Source: a virus (Duplodnaviria; Caudoviricetes). From it: 64,000 nt of DNA. How positions within the stretch are numbered: position 1 is the stretch's first letter; the number at the start of each line of letters is the position of its first letter. The notes beneath the pieces are model-generated. The model was not told where the DNA came from. It did no database searches and was given only the letters and a program-made list of their open reading frames with translations. The stretch is from IMG/VR virus record IMGVR_UViG_3300008954_000001. One strand, written 5' to 3'. A program made the position numbers and the translations under genes. Shown here in pieces: positions 26,884-36,723 of this stretch.

Positions 26884-27381
26884 CTAACCCTGAATTGAAT
26901 CTAAAATCTTCTGCTTCCCCCACCAACCCTTTACTTCCACCCCAAGAGAAACCGCAGCGGCGGTGAGTTCTTTCTTGGTGTTATCCAAAGAGAGGGTAGA
27001 CAAAGTTTCTTCGGTCGCAGAGGTATTGATCCCAAGATTTTCCGTAGGGGCGGCAGTTTCCGAGGTTTCTGTGGAAACGGTTTCGACGCTCAGATCACCA
27101 TTATTGTTAGAAGTCTCGGTTGAATGGTTATCCGTGTCAGAAACACTTTCCGTTGAAGTCGCCTCTGTGAAATCTTTGATCTCAAAGGCAACATTCTCAA
27201 CGATTTCTGCATCCACCGTAGACAATTCAACGGCAGTCACGCCCGCTGTGGCTGTCTTTACAGGCTTGGCTCGCACCACCCCTTTGAAAACCTTGCGCTT
27301 AACAGCATGATTAGTGTTGTGCCGAATTGACGAATCGACAATCGGCTTTGGGCCAGACATTTCTCGACGGGTCTTTTTCAT
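26884..27381 (-). CDS. Thr/Ser/Glu-rich low-complexity protein with small C-terminal helical (Rho-N/HeH-like) domain
   Basis: TKKELTAAAVSLGVEV...KQKILDSI C-terminus. Confidence 0.55.
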   Translation of the reverse strand: MKKTRREMSGPKPIVDSSIRHNTNHAVKRKVFKGVVRAKPVKTATAGVTAVELSTVDAEIVENVAFEIKDFTEATSTESVSDTDNHSTETSNNNGDLSVETVSTETSETAAPTENLGINTSATEETLSTLSLDNTKKELTAAAVSLGVEVKGWWGKQKILDSIQG

Positions 27382-27391
27382 GGTTATTCTC

Positions 27392-27790
27392 CTACTTCAA
27401 ACCTTGTGTAATCATACCCTTAGCGACAGAGACCAAAACCCCGCCAAACATATCTCCAACGATAGCCATAAAGTCTTTGAACTTAGACTTCTTCTCCGCC
27501 TCTACTTGATGGCAGTGTTCCATAACATCCGCTTGGAGACGTAAAGACAGCTTGGCGAACTCTGTGTTGTCGATAGGCTTACCTTCGATCAAGCCCCAAA
27601 CCAGTTCTTCGGCCTTTTTAATGCCAGCAACACCATAGTTATCAATGGTTTCGCCCAATACACCCAAGATAGTCGCTTGCCAATCTTCTTTGACTTCAAC
27701 CTTCGACATGGCTTTCGTGATCTCGTCCACAGCCTTTTGAGCACCGACAGAAACGATTTCACCTATATCTTCTTTTTTTGAGTCAGACAT
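27392..27790 (-). CDS. Hypothetical helical protein
   Basis: ORF coupled to 27790; GGAG RBS. Confidence 0.65.
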   Translation of the reverse strand: MSDSKKEDIGEIVSVGAQKAVDEITKAMSKVEVKEDWQATILGVLGETIDNYGVAGIKKAEELVWGLIEGKPIDNTEFAKLSLRLQADVMEHCHQVEAEKKSKFKDFMAIVGDMFGGVLVSVAKGMITQGLK

Positions 27791-28152
27791 TAGTCGCTCC
27801 CTTCAGCAAATCGGTCACACATCTCTTCCAAAGATGGGATCTTGGGTGCCTCGCCCTCAGGTTTCGGCTCACCTTTATTCAGATGCCGCCGCCATTGCAT
27901 GTGTCGCTCCCAACGAGCGGAGTGGACAGCCAGAACTTCAGCGGCTGAAGCGCAAAGCTCTGTGGTCCATTGTCGGTTTTCATCGCAAGCACAGTGGTTT
28001 TCTACCATGAGAGTAGTAACTCTCTGGTATTCCATCACAAAGGTATTCACGAAAATGTCTTCTTTATCGACTGTATCGGTCAATCGAACGCTTCGGGTAG
28101 CACAACTCGAAGCCATTACTGCGAGCAGAACTACGGCAAATAGTTTCTTCAT
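27790..28152 (-). CDS. Lipoprotein (MKKLFAVVLLAVMASSC)
   Basis: Signal peptide II/lipobox; GGAG RBS before ATG 28152. Confidence 0.65.
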   Translation of the reverse strand: MKKLFAVVLLAVMASSCATRSVRLTDTVDKEDIFVNTFVMEYQRVTTLMVENHCACDENRQWTTELCASAAEVLAVHSARWERHMQWRRHLNKGEPKPEGEAPKIPSLEEMCDRFAEGSD

Positions 28153-28220
28153 CGAAAATTCTCCCAAGGGCGATTGTTAAGGCACGTTACCCTTTAGGTC
28201 ACAATACCCCGTTAGTGATT

Positions 28221-28577
28221 TCACTTAATTGATTTGGACTCAATTTTCGCCAGTCTTACCGTTCTATCCACCCAAGACTGAGTGATCAGATAGACGCATT
28301 GAACTACGGTGCTGGCAAGAACCGTAACTAACATAAGGTCTTGTCCCACATAGCCATGGGACCAAGTGAAGATCATAAAGGCGAGCAAGCCTTTCCAAAG
28401 AAGATCCGACAAAAAATAGCTCAGGAACTTCTTTGACCGAAAAATAGACCTCTCATATTCCAGATAAGTAGGGGTAGGGGCTGGAACAGCGAGAGTTCGG
28501 GATTCTTTTGTAGGGGGTGAGGCGGTAGCAGCTTCGCTTTTGAACTGCCCTTTTTCTTTTTGTGTACCCTCTTTCAT
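28221..28577 (-). CDS. Two-TM membrane protein, holin-like
   Basis: Two hydrophobic helices and a basic C-terminus. Confidence 0.5.
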   Translation of the reverse strand: MKEGTQKEKGQFKSEAATASPPTKESRTLAVPAPTPTYLEYERSIFRSKKFLSYFLSDLLWKGLLAFMIFTWSHGYVGQDLMLVTVLASTVVQCVYLITQSWVDRTVRLAKIESKSIK

Positions 28578-28897
28578 GATTCCTCCCTTTGCTTTTTCAG
28601 CTTCCTCAATCTGGGGGTCATCGGAACACGGATACCTGAAGTGTTGACTTTACGTTGAGTGTAGTCCGTGACCTCTTGGGGATCGATGAACTGTTTCGCC
28701 TTCACCATGGGGTTCTTGGCGATCAGATCATCCAGATATGTTTGTCGATCCTCGGATAGGAGATGGAAAATCTCGTCGTACCCCGTTCTGGCATCCTTGT
28801 TCATAAGGATGAATTCCAGCACGTAAATGTCAGGCAGTGTCTCTAACAGACAATCCTTGCCGTCCATCCAGAAATTGTCAGGGGGGAAATCACTCAT
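28574..28897 (-). CDS. Hypothetical protein
   Basis: ORF with GGAGG-type RBS, coupled to 28577. Confidence 0.6.
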   Translation of the reverse strand: MSDFPPDNFWMDGKDCLLETLPDIYVLEFILMNKDARTGYDEIFHLLSEDRQTYLDDLIAKNPMVKAKQFIDPQEVTDYTQRKVNTSGIRVPMTPRLRKLKKQREES

Positions 28898-29006
28898 CCT
28901 TGGGCCTCCACCATCGGGAACTCTATAGGAGTTGAACCGTGACCAAAAACCAGTGGTCTCAGTAAAGAGGTAGAGTGCTCATGGACACAGCGAGGATGGT
29001 TTTCAC

Positions 29007-30605
29007 ATGGAATTGGAAGAGAGGGTTGAGAAGCTACGACAAATCCGTTTACGGAAGGATTTGAAGCTACGGAAGTCCAAGTACCTGAACGAGACTTTTC
29101 TGGACTACGGCGGCGATCCACACCCTCTGTCGCTACGGTACTACCAAGTTCAAGGGGTGCTGCACCTGTTGACCGTAAGTCGCTTCATCCTTGGGGATGG
29201 TACGGGATTAGGTAAAACCCTCCAAGCCATCGCAGCCCTCTGCTACATTTGGGACAAGAACCCTGATGTAAAGGTTTTAGTTCTCACGAATAAGAGTGCG
29301 GTTCCTCAATGGATTGGGGAGTTCGAGAAGTTCTCAACGGGTGTCCGTACTATCATGTGCAAAGGCACCCCCGCCCAACGCCAGAAAGCCTACAACGCTT
29401 TCGACGCAAGTACGGGTCCGACCGTCTTGGTGATGGGGTATCGGTCAGCCGTTCGGGATTTCCAACACCTCCAAAACGTCGAATGGGGCTGTGTCATCTA
29501 TGATGAGGCCAGTGCCTTTAAGAACCCTAAAACCCAAATCCATCAGGTATGTCGGCACCTTGCGGGCAATTCAGAGCGAACTTGGGGCCTAACCGCCACC
29601 TTGATCAAGAACCGCCTTGAAGAAGGGTGGGGGATCTATCAAGTCATCTGTCCGGGCCTGTTCCATTCGTCCAGAAACCGATTTCTCAACGAGTTTTGTG
29701 TCACCCGTATGCAACGAATTGGGGGTCGGAGACAGATCCCTATTGTGGTGGGCCACCGAAAGGATCAGATTGAGCGGTTCAAAGAGCTTATTGAGCCTTA
29801 CTTCATTGGACGACCGAAGCATGAGGTTGCTTCAGAACTGCCGCCCCTAACCTCCCGCATCGTCAAATTCGGCATGACCACAGCACAGGCTGTCCTCTAC
29901 CAAGAAGCCTTGGCTGGTTTGTTAGAGGTGCGAGATAAGGAAACGGGGGAGATGGAGGAAAAAGAGGTTTCCCAACTCACAGCGATTGTCTACTGCCAAC
30001 AGATTGTGAACCACCCTGAGTTGATCGGACATGAGGGAGACTCCTCCAAGCTCGATCAGCTACTTGATTTGGTTGTGGATGGGGATTTGGGAGAGGAAAA
30101 TGTCATTGTTTTCAGCCGCTTTCGGTCGATGATCGATATCATCATGGCGGAACTAAAGAAAAAGGGTGTTGGGGCGGTTCGTATCACTGGTTCGGAGGAT
30201 GAGGACCAAAGGCGGGAAGCGCAACTTGCGTTCCAGAACCCGAAGTCCGACACTCGGATTGTCTGTATTACTACGGCAGCGACTGAAGCTATCAACCTTC
30301 AGGCGGCCAGAGCGGTCGTGTTTTACGACACTCCTTGGAGTGCGGGAGACTACTTGCAAGCCTTGGGGCGTATGATTCGGATCGGCTCAGAGCACGATTC
30401 CGTGTACGCCTTCCATCTTGTATGTGAGGATTCTGTCGATGAGAGGATTCAAGAAGTGCGGCGAAATAAGATGAAATTGATTGAGTCCGTGATTGGAAAG
30501 CGGCTTAAGGGAGCCTCCGATGATTTCGAGGTATCCGCCAGTAACGAGATAGGGGATCTTTTTGCCGCCCTACAGCAAGACGCAAGGAACTTCCATGTCG
30601 GGTAG
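29007..30605 (+). CDS. SNF2-family (SF2) helicase/ATPase
   Basis: LGDGTGLGKT, IYDEAS, GLTAT, NVIVFSRF, EAINLQAA, WSAGDYLQALGRMIRIG. Confidence 0.9.
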   Translation: MELEERVEKLRQIRLRKDLKLRKSKYLNETFLDYGGDPHPLSLRYYQVQGVLHLLTVSRFILGDGTGLGKTLQAIAALCYIWDKNPDVKVLVLTNKSAVPQWIGEFEKFSTGVRTIMCKGTPAQRQKAYNAFDASTGPTVLVMGYRSAVRDFQHLQNVEWGCVIYDEASAFKNPKTQIHQVCRHLAGNSERTWGLTATLIKNRLEEGWGIYQVICPGLFHSSRNRFLNEFCVTRMQRIGGRRQIPIVVGHRKDQIERFKELIEPYFIGRPKHEVASELPPLTSRIVKFGMTTAQAVLYQEALAGLLEVRDKETGEMEEKEVSQLTAIVYCQQIVNHPELIGHEGDSSKLDQLLDLVVDGDLGEENVIVFSRFRSMIDIIMAELKKKGVGAVRITGSEDEDQRREAQLAFQNPKSDTRIVCITTAATEAINLQAARAVVFYDTPWSAGDYLQALGRMIRIGSEHDSVYAFHLVCEDSVDERIQEVRRNKMKLIESVIGKRLKGASDDFEVSASNEIGDLFAALQQDARNFHVG

Positions 30606-31392
30606 TGGGACCATCTACATGAGCGGGCAATCGGATTGCTCAAGGTGCCATGGTAGGGGTGTGGTGGCTATCGACACTTTCAGTGTGGTTCCTTGTGAAT
30701 GTACGGTGCTCCGCAGCCTTGTTCGGAATGTGGATCGAGGCTGGAAGGGGCTGATGGCCGCACCTAACCTCGAAGGTGGGTCTGTTTTATTGGAGCAAGC
30801 ACAAGACCAAGAGAACTGCTGGATTACTTCAGATCGCCCGACTTTACGGGTACATGCAAAGCACACCGCTTTGCGGATGGGTCCGAAATGGAAGTTCAAT
30901 GTTGTTACCGACGCTGAATTGATTACCGCATGGCTGGCAACCGCAGGTTTGGCTGGTATGAAGATGCTTGATCCTGATATCATGCTGGAAGCGGCTCCCG
31001 TATCCCTCCGTAAACTGACTCTGATTGATATGGTTGAGCCTCCCGACACCCTCATTGTGATTTTGGGGGTAAAAGCGGCACGAAACGTAGCGATGCCTGA
31101 AGTGTTGATGGAAACCATCTCCCTGCGGAAAGCGGCGGGTAAGCCGTTATGGTTGATTGACCAGCCTCAAAAACCCTTCCGTGAAGGCCATCGTGCTTGG
31201 TCACAAGAAGTCCGAGATGCCTTATCAGGGTTTCGAGTGGTACGGCTCGACTCTTTGGCTCAAGGGCAAATGGCTTCTTTAGACTCGTTATTGGAACAGC
31301 CTAAAACTAAAACAACAAGTAGTCGTCGTACCAGAAGTCTATCGGGGGGATCAGGTGGTACTCGAACCCTCAAGAATGGGGGCGATGAATGA
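30562..31392 (+). CDS. DnaC/DnaI-like helicase-loader-type protein with N-terminal Zn finger (degenerate ATPase; start uncertain)
   Basis: CSRCHGRG...CEC; AAA+-like strands (LIVILGVK, LWLID); position directly before the helicase; no canonical Walker A. Confidence 0.45.
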   Translation: MPPYSKTQGTSMSGSGTIYMSGQSDCSRCHGRGVVAIDTFSVVPCECTVLRSLVRNVDRGWKGLMAAPNLEGGSVLLEQAQDQENCWITSDRPTLRVHAKHTALRMGPKWKFNVVTDAELITAWLATAGLAGMKMLDPDIMLEAAPVSLRKLTLIDMVEPPDTLIVILGVKAARNVAMPEVLMETISLRKAAGKPLWLIDQPQKPFREGHRAWSQEVRDALSGFRVVRLDSLAQGQMASLDSLLEQPKTKTTSSRRTRSLSGGSGGTRTLKNGGDE

Positions 31393-32972
31393 AATACTTG
31401 ATCCGATCATCAATCGTAGTCGATCCGGCGCAAGACAGACCAGCGGAAGCCTTTAAGAACTGTCTTAAACTTGAAGAGTCTGGGGTTGCTTGCGATATCC
31501 CCGAAGAACAAAAGATTTGGGATTTTGTTCGAGACTTCTCTCGTAACCACGGCCATGCCCCCAAAGTCCAAACTGTCCGAGAACACTTCTTAGGGCAGCG
31601 GGACGAGGATACGATCAACCGTTTAGAGCATTTGGTAACGGTCACTCCAATCTATCGGGGAGACTTTGAGCGGCATACCGTACAAATCGCAGAACAACGA
31701 TCTGTTCTTGGGCTGACTAACCTGTGTAAGCAGGTCGCCCGCATCGCTAACGATGGTATGGAGATCAAGGACGGGAAAAAGCAATTCCGACTCCAAGGCT
31801 CCAAAGATGCCATCCGATTTCTTGTGGACAAGTCGCATGACTATGTGACTCCCGTCTTTGGCTCCCGTCTTTCAGGGGAAGTGACACGAGACGGGGAAGC
31901 TGTTCTCGCTGAATACTCACGAGTAGAAAGCGATCCTTATGCGGGGATTGGTGCCATGACAGGCATCCAGCAAATGGATCAAGCTGTTCAAGGTGCTCAA
32001 AAAGGAGAGTTGTGGACACATGCCGCATACACGGGGGGTCTAAAATCCACCCTTATGCTCAACTGGGCTTACAACCAAGCAGTGATCTACGGGGGTAGCT
32101 CCTTGATCTTCTCCTTGGAGATGCCCTACGCCCAATGCCGTCGCATCCTGTACGCCATGCACAGCCTAAACCCTGCTTTACGAGACAAGCGTATCGAATT
32201 GGGGATTGAAGCCAGCGATGGTCCTAACAGAGGTTTGAATTACGCCGACATCAAGCACGGCAAGCTGTCCCCAAACGGCAAGAAGTATTACTTCGATCAT
32301 GTCACCCCACACTTCGCTGATGGCCCAACGGTCGCCCTACCAACCGGAGAACCTATTGGTCACGGAAAGATCAATATCGAAGTGGCCGATCCCGACAAAT
32401 CGGATTTTACGGTAGCTGACCTACGCTCGAAAGCTGAACTGATCTACGCAGAGAACCCCTTTAGCGTGATCTTTGTAGACCACGCTGGCCTTATGGCCCC
32501 TCGGTATCGGAACAGTTCGCAAACTGAACGGACCAATGAGGTCATGCGGGATCTCAAACGACTTGCGATGAGTTTCAACCGTGGACAAGGGATCGCTGTT
32601 GTCGCCTTGTTTCAGATCAACCGCCAAGGTTTCAAGGAAGCCTGTAAGCGCAAAGAGAAGGGGTTGCCTCCTCTCTACACTCTTGCGGATCTTGCTTATG
32701 CTAACGAAGCTGAAAAGTCCTCGGATGTTGTCACCGCTTCATTCATTGACGCAGAGCTTCGGAATCAAGGGCAAGTGCTCTTCCAATGTCTCAAAACAAG
32801 AGACATGGAACCTTTCGACCCATTTTATTCGAGGGTAGAGTGGCCTTGTCGGAGAATCTTACATTGTGACGATATCCCCGACTTTGGTGTGGATGGTCGA
32901 GAAAGGATTGCCCAACAAGCAGAAGCCCTTTCCGATCAACAAGCCCTCATCGATCAAATGTTAGACCTTTAA
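31389..32972 (+). CDS. dnaB: DnaB-like SF4 replicative helicase
   Basis: GELWTHAAYTGGLKST (Walker A variant), FSLEM, IFVDH, LFQINR, EAEKSSDVV. Confidence 0.8.
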   Translation: MKYLIRSSIVVDPAQDRPAEAFKNCLKLEESGVACDIPEEQKIWDFVRDFSRNHGHAPKVQTVREHFLGQRDEDTINRLEHLVTVTPIYRGDFERHTVQIAEQRSVLGLTNLCKQVARIANDGMEIKDGKKQFRLQGSKDAIRFLVDKSHDYVTPVFGSRLSGEVTRDGEAVLAEYSRVESDPYAGIGAMTGIQQMDQAVQGAQKGELWTHAAYTGGLKSTLMLNWAYNQAVIYGGSSLIFSLEMPYAQCRRILYAMHSLNPALRDKRIELGIEASDGPNRGLNYADIKHGKLSPNGKKYYFDHVTPHFADGPTVALPTGEPIGHGKINIEVADPDKSDFTVADLRSKAELIYAENPFSVIFVDHAGLMAPRYRNSSQTERTNEVMRDLKRLAMSFNRGQGIAVVALFQINRQGFKEACKRKEKGLPPLYTLADLAYANEAEKSSDVVTASFIDAELRNQGQVLFQCLKTRDMEPFDPFYSRVEWPCRRILHCDDIPDFGVDGRERIAQQAEALSDQQALIDQMLDL

Positions 32973-32983
32973 GGCGGTGACAC

Positions 32984-33286
32984 ATGGATAGCGTAGAAAT
33001 TGGAACGGCAAATAAGAACCCTACAGTAAACATTGAACAACTTACCGAAGAGTTCGACACCCTAACATTCCTTGAACCCCGTGCCGATTTCGACCCCTGC
33101 ATTATCGGAGTGGTTCAACGAAACAACCAAGAACCTTCTTTGTGTTACGCCTATGAAAAGGTCATCCACGCTTTGAAAAGCATGGGCGGGATATCTGATG
33201 AAGAAGCTGAAGAGCACTTCTCCTTCAACATCATCGGAGCCTATGTGGGTAAGACCACCCCCTGCTTTCTATTTTCGGGGCAATAA
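32984..33286 (+). CDS. Conserved phage hypothetical protein
   Basis: DFDPCIIG...YAYEKVI...EAEEHFSFNIIGAYVG pattern common in phages (recalled, not searched). Confidence 0.65.
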   Translation: MDSVEIGTANKNPTVNIEQLTEEFDTLTFLEPRADFDPCIIGVVQRNNQEPSLCYAYEKVIHALKSMGGISDEEAEEHFSFNIIGAYVGKTTPCFLFSGQ

Positions 33287-33541
33287 ATGAGTAAGGCGGC
33301 TGAAACCTTTATCGACCAATTCACCCGCAAATTACTTGTCGATTGGGCGCACCATCAAATCACTGGTGGGGAAATAGGCAGTCCGCCCCCGTTAGAGGTG
33401 TGTGGCCCTCGCCAGTGCGCCTATGGCTACAAACCATACATCGAACACGCCATATCCAAAGGCTGGTTGTCGAAGGATGGGCAACGAGTTTTAGCAAGGG
33501 GTTTCTCTGTGGCTACTTCCGCTATCAAGCGAGGTAACTGA
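33287..33541 (+). CDS. Hypothetical protein
   Basis: Coupled ORF in the replication operon. Confidence 0.6.
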   Translation: MSKAAETFIDQFTRKLLVDWAHHQITGGEIGSPPPLEVCGPRQCAYGYKPYIEHAISKGWLSKDGQRVLARGFSVATSAIKRGN

Positions 33542-34122
33542 TGGGGAGAGCAAAAAAGAGGGCTGACCGAATTCGTGAAGAAGTGCCTCTGGATGCCGTT
33601 CTTGCTCGGTACGGCTACGATGTCATCGAGAAAAGCGACCGAGAGCAACAGTTCTCATGTGACCTTCATGGCGATGGATCAGACAATAAACCTTCGGCCC
33701 GATACTATCCCGACAGTTCGTCTTGGTATTGCTTCGCTTGCTCAAAGAGTCGGGATGCGATCTCGACAGTCATGTCTAAAGAAGGGAAGTCTTTCTCGGA
33801 AGCCTGTACCTCTTTAGAGAAAGACTACGGCCTCCCCGCCTTGCCTTGGGAAGAGGAAGATCGGCCACAACGGATCGACAGTGAGATCACTGTCTCCATG
33901 CCCCGCACCGCACAAGAGATCAGCGGGCACGTACTCAAAACCCTCAAAGCATTTTCAATCGGCAAAGATATTCCTCTCAATTCTCTCCTTCAATTGTGGG
34001 AAGCCCACGACAAGTTGGTTTTCCTTCATCAAGAAGGGCATTTGACGGAGGATCAAATCAAAGAAGGGATGGCTCGGATCGCTAAAACCGCCATGCGGGT
34101 AGCACGAGAGCAGACCCTATAA
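33541..34122 (+). CDS. Stand-alone CHC2 zinc-finger (DnaG primase Zn-binding domain) protein
   Basis: FSCDLHG...KPSA...WYCFAC...DAISTV; no TOPRIM domain. Confidence 0.8.
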   Translation: MGRAKKRADRIREEVPLDAVLARYGYDVIEKSDREQQFSCDLHGDGSDNKPSARYYPDSSSWYCFACSKSRDAISTVMSKEGKSFSEACTSLEKDYGLPALPWEEEDRPQRIDSEITVSMPRTAQEISGHVLKTLKAFSIGKDIPLNSLLQLWEAHDKLVFLHQEGHLTEDQIKEGMARIAKTAMRVAREQTL

Positions 34123-34131
34123 GGAGCAACA

Positions 34132-34176
34132 ATGAAGACAGTTACCCCACTTTCAGACAATAAATGCGGCAACTAA
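34132..34176 (+). pseudogene. 14-codon relic resembling the start of an array module (MKTVT...)
   Basis: AAGGAG RBS; ATGAAGACAGTTAC resembles module 4 start ATGAAGACGATTAC; its stop abuts module 1 ATG. Confidence 0.35.
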
Positions 34177-34764
34177 ATGAAGGTTGTCCATCTGGCCCGA
34201 AAACCCTTCAAAGGGACCGTAGCCCTCAATGTCCTTACCCATGGGGCGGGAGGGTTGAATATCAACGCTTCTCGTATCCGAGACGGGTCTGAAACTAATG
34301 AGGCCCCCCCTGAGTACATCCCCAACTATGAAAACGAAGTGTTCGGTAGTGGGATGGGTGGTGGAGCTTGGGCAAATACAAGCGGGCGGTGGCCAGCCAA
34401 CCTGATCTTTCAGCATCTTGAAGGCTGTGTTTGCAAAGGAACTAAAAAGGTAAAAGGGATCGCTGGTGGCTCTCATTCAGGGGTTGAGCACACTCATGCG
34501 GTTGGGGCAAAGCTCAAACGGCACGGGATTACTCGCCATAACGATTCTGACGGAAACGAAACCGTAGCCAATTGGGTCTGTGTAGAGGGTTGTCCAATAC
34601 CTGTCTTAGACAACCAAAGTGGGATCGTGCCTACGGGATCGTGGAACCGACAAAAAGACGGGGCGCACCCTTTCGGAAATGCCGCTGGAAGCGAATACAA
34701 TAACTGGAAGGTTGTAGATGAGCCTGAAGGTGGGGCCTCTCGCTTCTTTAAGGCGGTGAAATGA
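34177..34764 (+). CDS. Array module 1: stand-alone methyltransferase-insert-like protein (ARKP...GRWP...HxxxC...CxxxCP...GGASRFFK)
   Basis: Conserved blocks shared with five neighbours; no DPPY or FxGxG motifs. Confidence 0.75.
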   Translation: MKVVHLARKPFKGTVALNVLTHGAGGLNINASRIRDGSETNEAPPEYIPNYENEVFGSGMGGGAWANTSGRWPANLIFQHLEGCVCKGTKKVKGIAGGSHSGVEHTHAVGAKLKRHGITRHNDSDGNETVANWVCVEGCPIPVLDNQSGIVPTGSWNRQKDGAHPFGNAAGSEYNNWKVVDEPEGGASRFFKAVK

Positions 34765-35435
34765 AAGTTATCACTCTTGCTCGCAAGCCTTTTAGTGGAA
34801 CGGTTGCTCACAATATGCTTACGCATGGGTGTGGTGGACTCAACATAAACAAGTGTCGAGTAGGGGCTTCGGAGAGCGACGATTACGGACGCAGCGTAAC
34901 GAATAGTGATGGCACCATAAACGCCCATGGGGGTTTCAGTGGGAAAGCCTTCAAAATCAATGAAAGAGATGAGGAATACGCCAGCAACTACGCCCATACT
35001 TCAGGTCGATGGCCCTCTAATCTGATCTTTCAACACTGTGAAGATTGTCGGTGTGAAGGAATCAAGAAAGTAAAAGGGATTGCCGGAGGCTCAGAGCGAG
35101 TCTCATCTCCCCGATGGCGGCCATGTCCCAACTTCCGGTCCCATTCAGGGGTGGCGCAAACACATGAGGTTGGCGCAAAGCTCAAACGCCACCGTATCGC
35201 TCGCCACAATGATCCCGAAGGCAACGAAACGGTTGCTGATTGGGTCTGTGTTGAGGATTGCCCCATCAAGACTTTAGACGAACAGAGCATCGCTGGCGGT
35301 ATGCACAGTGCGGGGTCTTCTCGAAAGGCTTCACGTTCTGCTGGAAAGACAGGCATGTTTCCGATGGACGGGGACGGTCACCGTTTCGGAGATACTGGGG
35401 GTGCCTCAAGGTTCTTCAAACAGGTGAAGCCGTGA
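34761..35435 (+). CDS. Array module 2
   Basis: Same blocks; ATGA overlap with module 1. Confidence 0.75.
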   Translation: MKVITLARKPFSGTVAHNMLTHGCGGLNINKCRVGASESDDYGRSVTNSDGTINAHGGFSGKAFKINERDEEYASNYAHTSGRWPSNLIFQHCEDCRCEGIKKVKGIAGGSERVSSPRWRPCPNFRSHSGVAQTHEVGAKLKRHRIARHNDPEGNETVADWVCVEDCPIKTLDEQSIAGGMHSAGSSRKASRSAGKTGMFPMDGDGHRFGDTGGASRFFKQVKP

Positions 35436-36082
35436 AAGTTATTACTCTGGCTCGAAAGCCCCTTCAGGAAAGCACCATCACTTCCAATGTCCTGACACAC
35501 GGAGCGGGGGGCCTAAACATCGGTGCATGTCGGCTTTCTACTTCAGATAGCCTCAACGGTGGGGCTTACGCTGTGAACCCAACCCATCGGGCGGGTCAGG
35601 ATATGTGGACCCGTGATCGTAAAGGTGACACCAACTGTTTCAAACGGGGTGGGGCGGGCCATTACGAGCAACCTACGGGCCGCTGGCCAGCTAATCTGAT
35701 CTTTCAACACTTCGCTGAATGTAGATGCGAGGGGGTCAAGAAGGTAAAAAGCCACCCGCACTTAGGGCAAAAGAATCCAGAACTCACCAAGCAGTACAAA
35801 GGCGGTGTTTTCGGGGGCGGCGGGATAACCCCCGCTGGAGGTTATGCAGATGTTGATGGCAATGAAACTATAGCAAATTGGGTTTGTGCGGCTGGTTGTC
35901 CAATACCTGCTTTAGACAACCAAAGCGGTGTCTCGATTTCTTCGGGAGGTCGAATCGGCAACGCTCAAGGGATTTATACTAATCAAGGTCGAACAGGGTG
36001 GGGTACGGGCCATGAGGCTGGCGATCCCGGTTTCGGAGATGAGGGCGGGGCATCACGTTACTTCAAGGCAGTAAAGCCATGA
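35432..36082 (+). CDS. Array module 3 (GTG start; ORF track 35258)
   Basis: Same blocks; GTGA overlap. Confidence 0.75.
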   Translation: MKVITLARKPLQESTITSNVLTHGAGGLNIGACRLSTSDSLNGGAYAVNPTHRAGQDMWTRDRKGDTNCFKRGGAGHYEQPTGRWPANLIFQHFAECRCEGVKKVKSHPHLGQKNPELTKQYKGGVFGGGGITPAGGYADVDGNETIANWVCAAGCPIPALDNQSGVSISSGGRIGNAQGIYTNQGRTGWGTGHEAGDPGFGDEGGASRYFKAVKP

Positions 36083-36723
36083 AGACGATTACTCTTGCTC
36101 GAAAACCGTTTGATGGGACCGTAGCCCACAACATGCTTACGCATGGGTGTGGGGGTTTGAATATCAATACTTGTCGGATCACCTTAGAACCCAACAGTCG
36201 GTTGACCAAAGGCGGCTCATACTCAGGAAACCGTACAGGGAGTAACGCTTCCTCTATGTTCAACGGAGGAAACGGGAAGGTGGAATACACCCCACCCCCC
36301 GGAAGATGGCCCGCTAACTTAATCCTCCAACACCTTGAAGGGTGTAGGCGGGATGGGGTTAAGAAAGTCAAACCTTCCAATGGGTCAGGAAGAGCGGGTG
36401 CGGGGGCATCTGGATTCCAAACTTCCTACGTGGGGGGAGATTCTAAGGCAACAGGATTTACGGGCGGTTCTGTGGAAGAGGATGGCAAAGAAACCGTAGC
36501 CAATTGGATCTGTGAAGACGGCTGTCCCGTAAAAGCCTTGGATGAGCAAAGCGGGGTTTCTAAGTCTTCGGGAGGGCGTACCGCTAATATCTCCACCACC
36601 TCTACTATTTATGGAGGGGGCAAAGGATTAGGGCAAGACTTGACCGCTGATTCAGTGCGTGGAGATCCGGGTTTCGGAGACACGGGTGGGGCTTCCCGCT
36701 TCTACAAGCAGGTGGTCCGATGA
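36079..36723 (+). CDS. Array module 4
   Basis: Same blocks; ATGA overlap. Confidence 0.75.
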   Translation: MKTITLARKPFDGTVAHNMLTHGCGGLNINTCRITLEPNSRLTKGGSYSGNRTGSNASSMFNGGNGKVEYTPPPGRWPANLILQHLEGCRRDGVKKVKPSNGSGRAGAGASGFQTSYVGGDSKATGFTGGSVEEDGKETVANWICEDGCPVKALDEQSGVSKSSGGRTANISTTSTIYGGGKGLGQDLTADSVRGDPGFGDTGGASRFYKQVVR

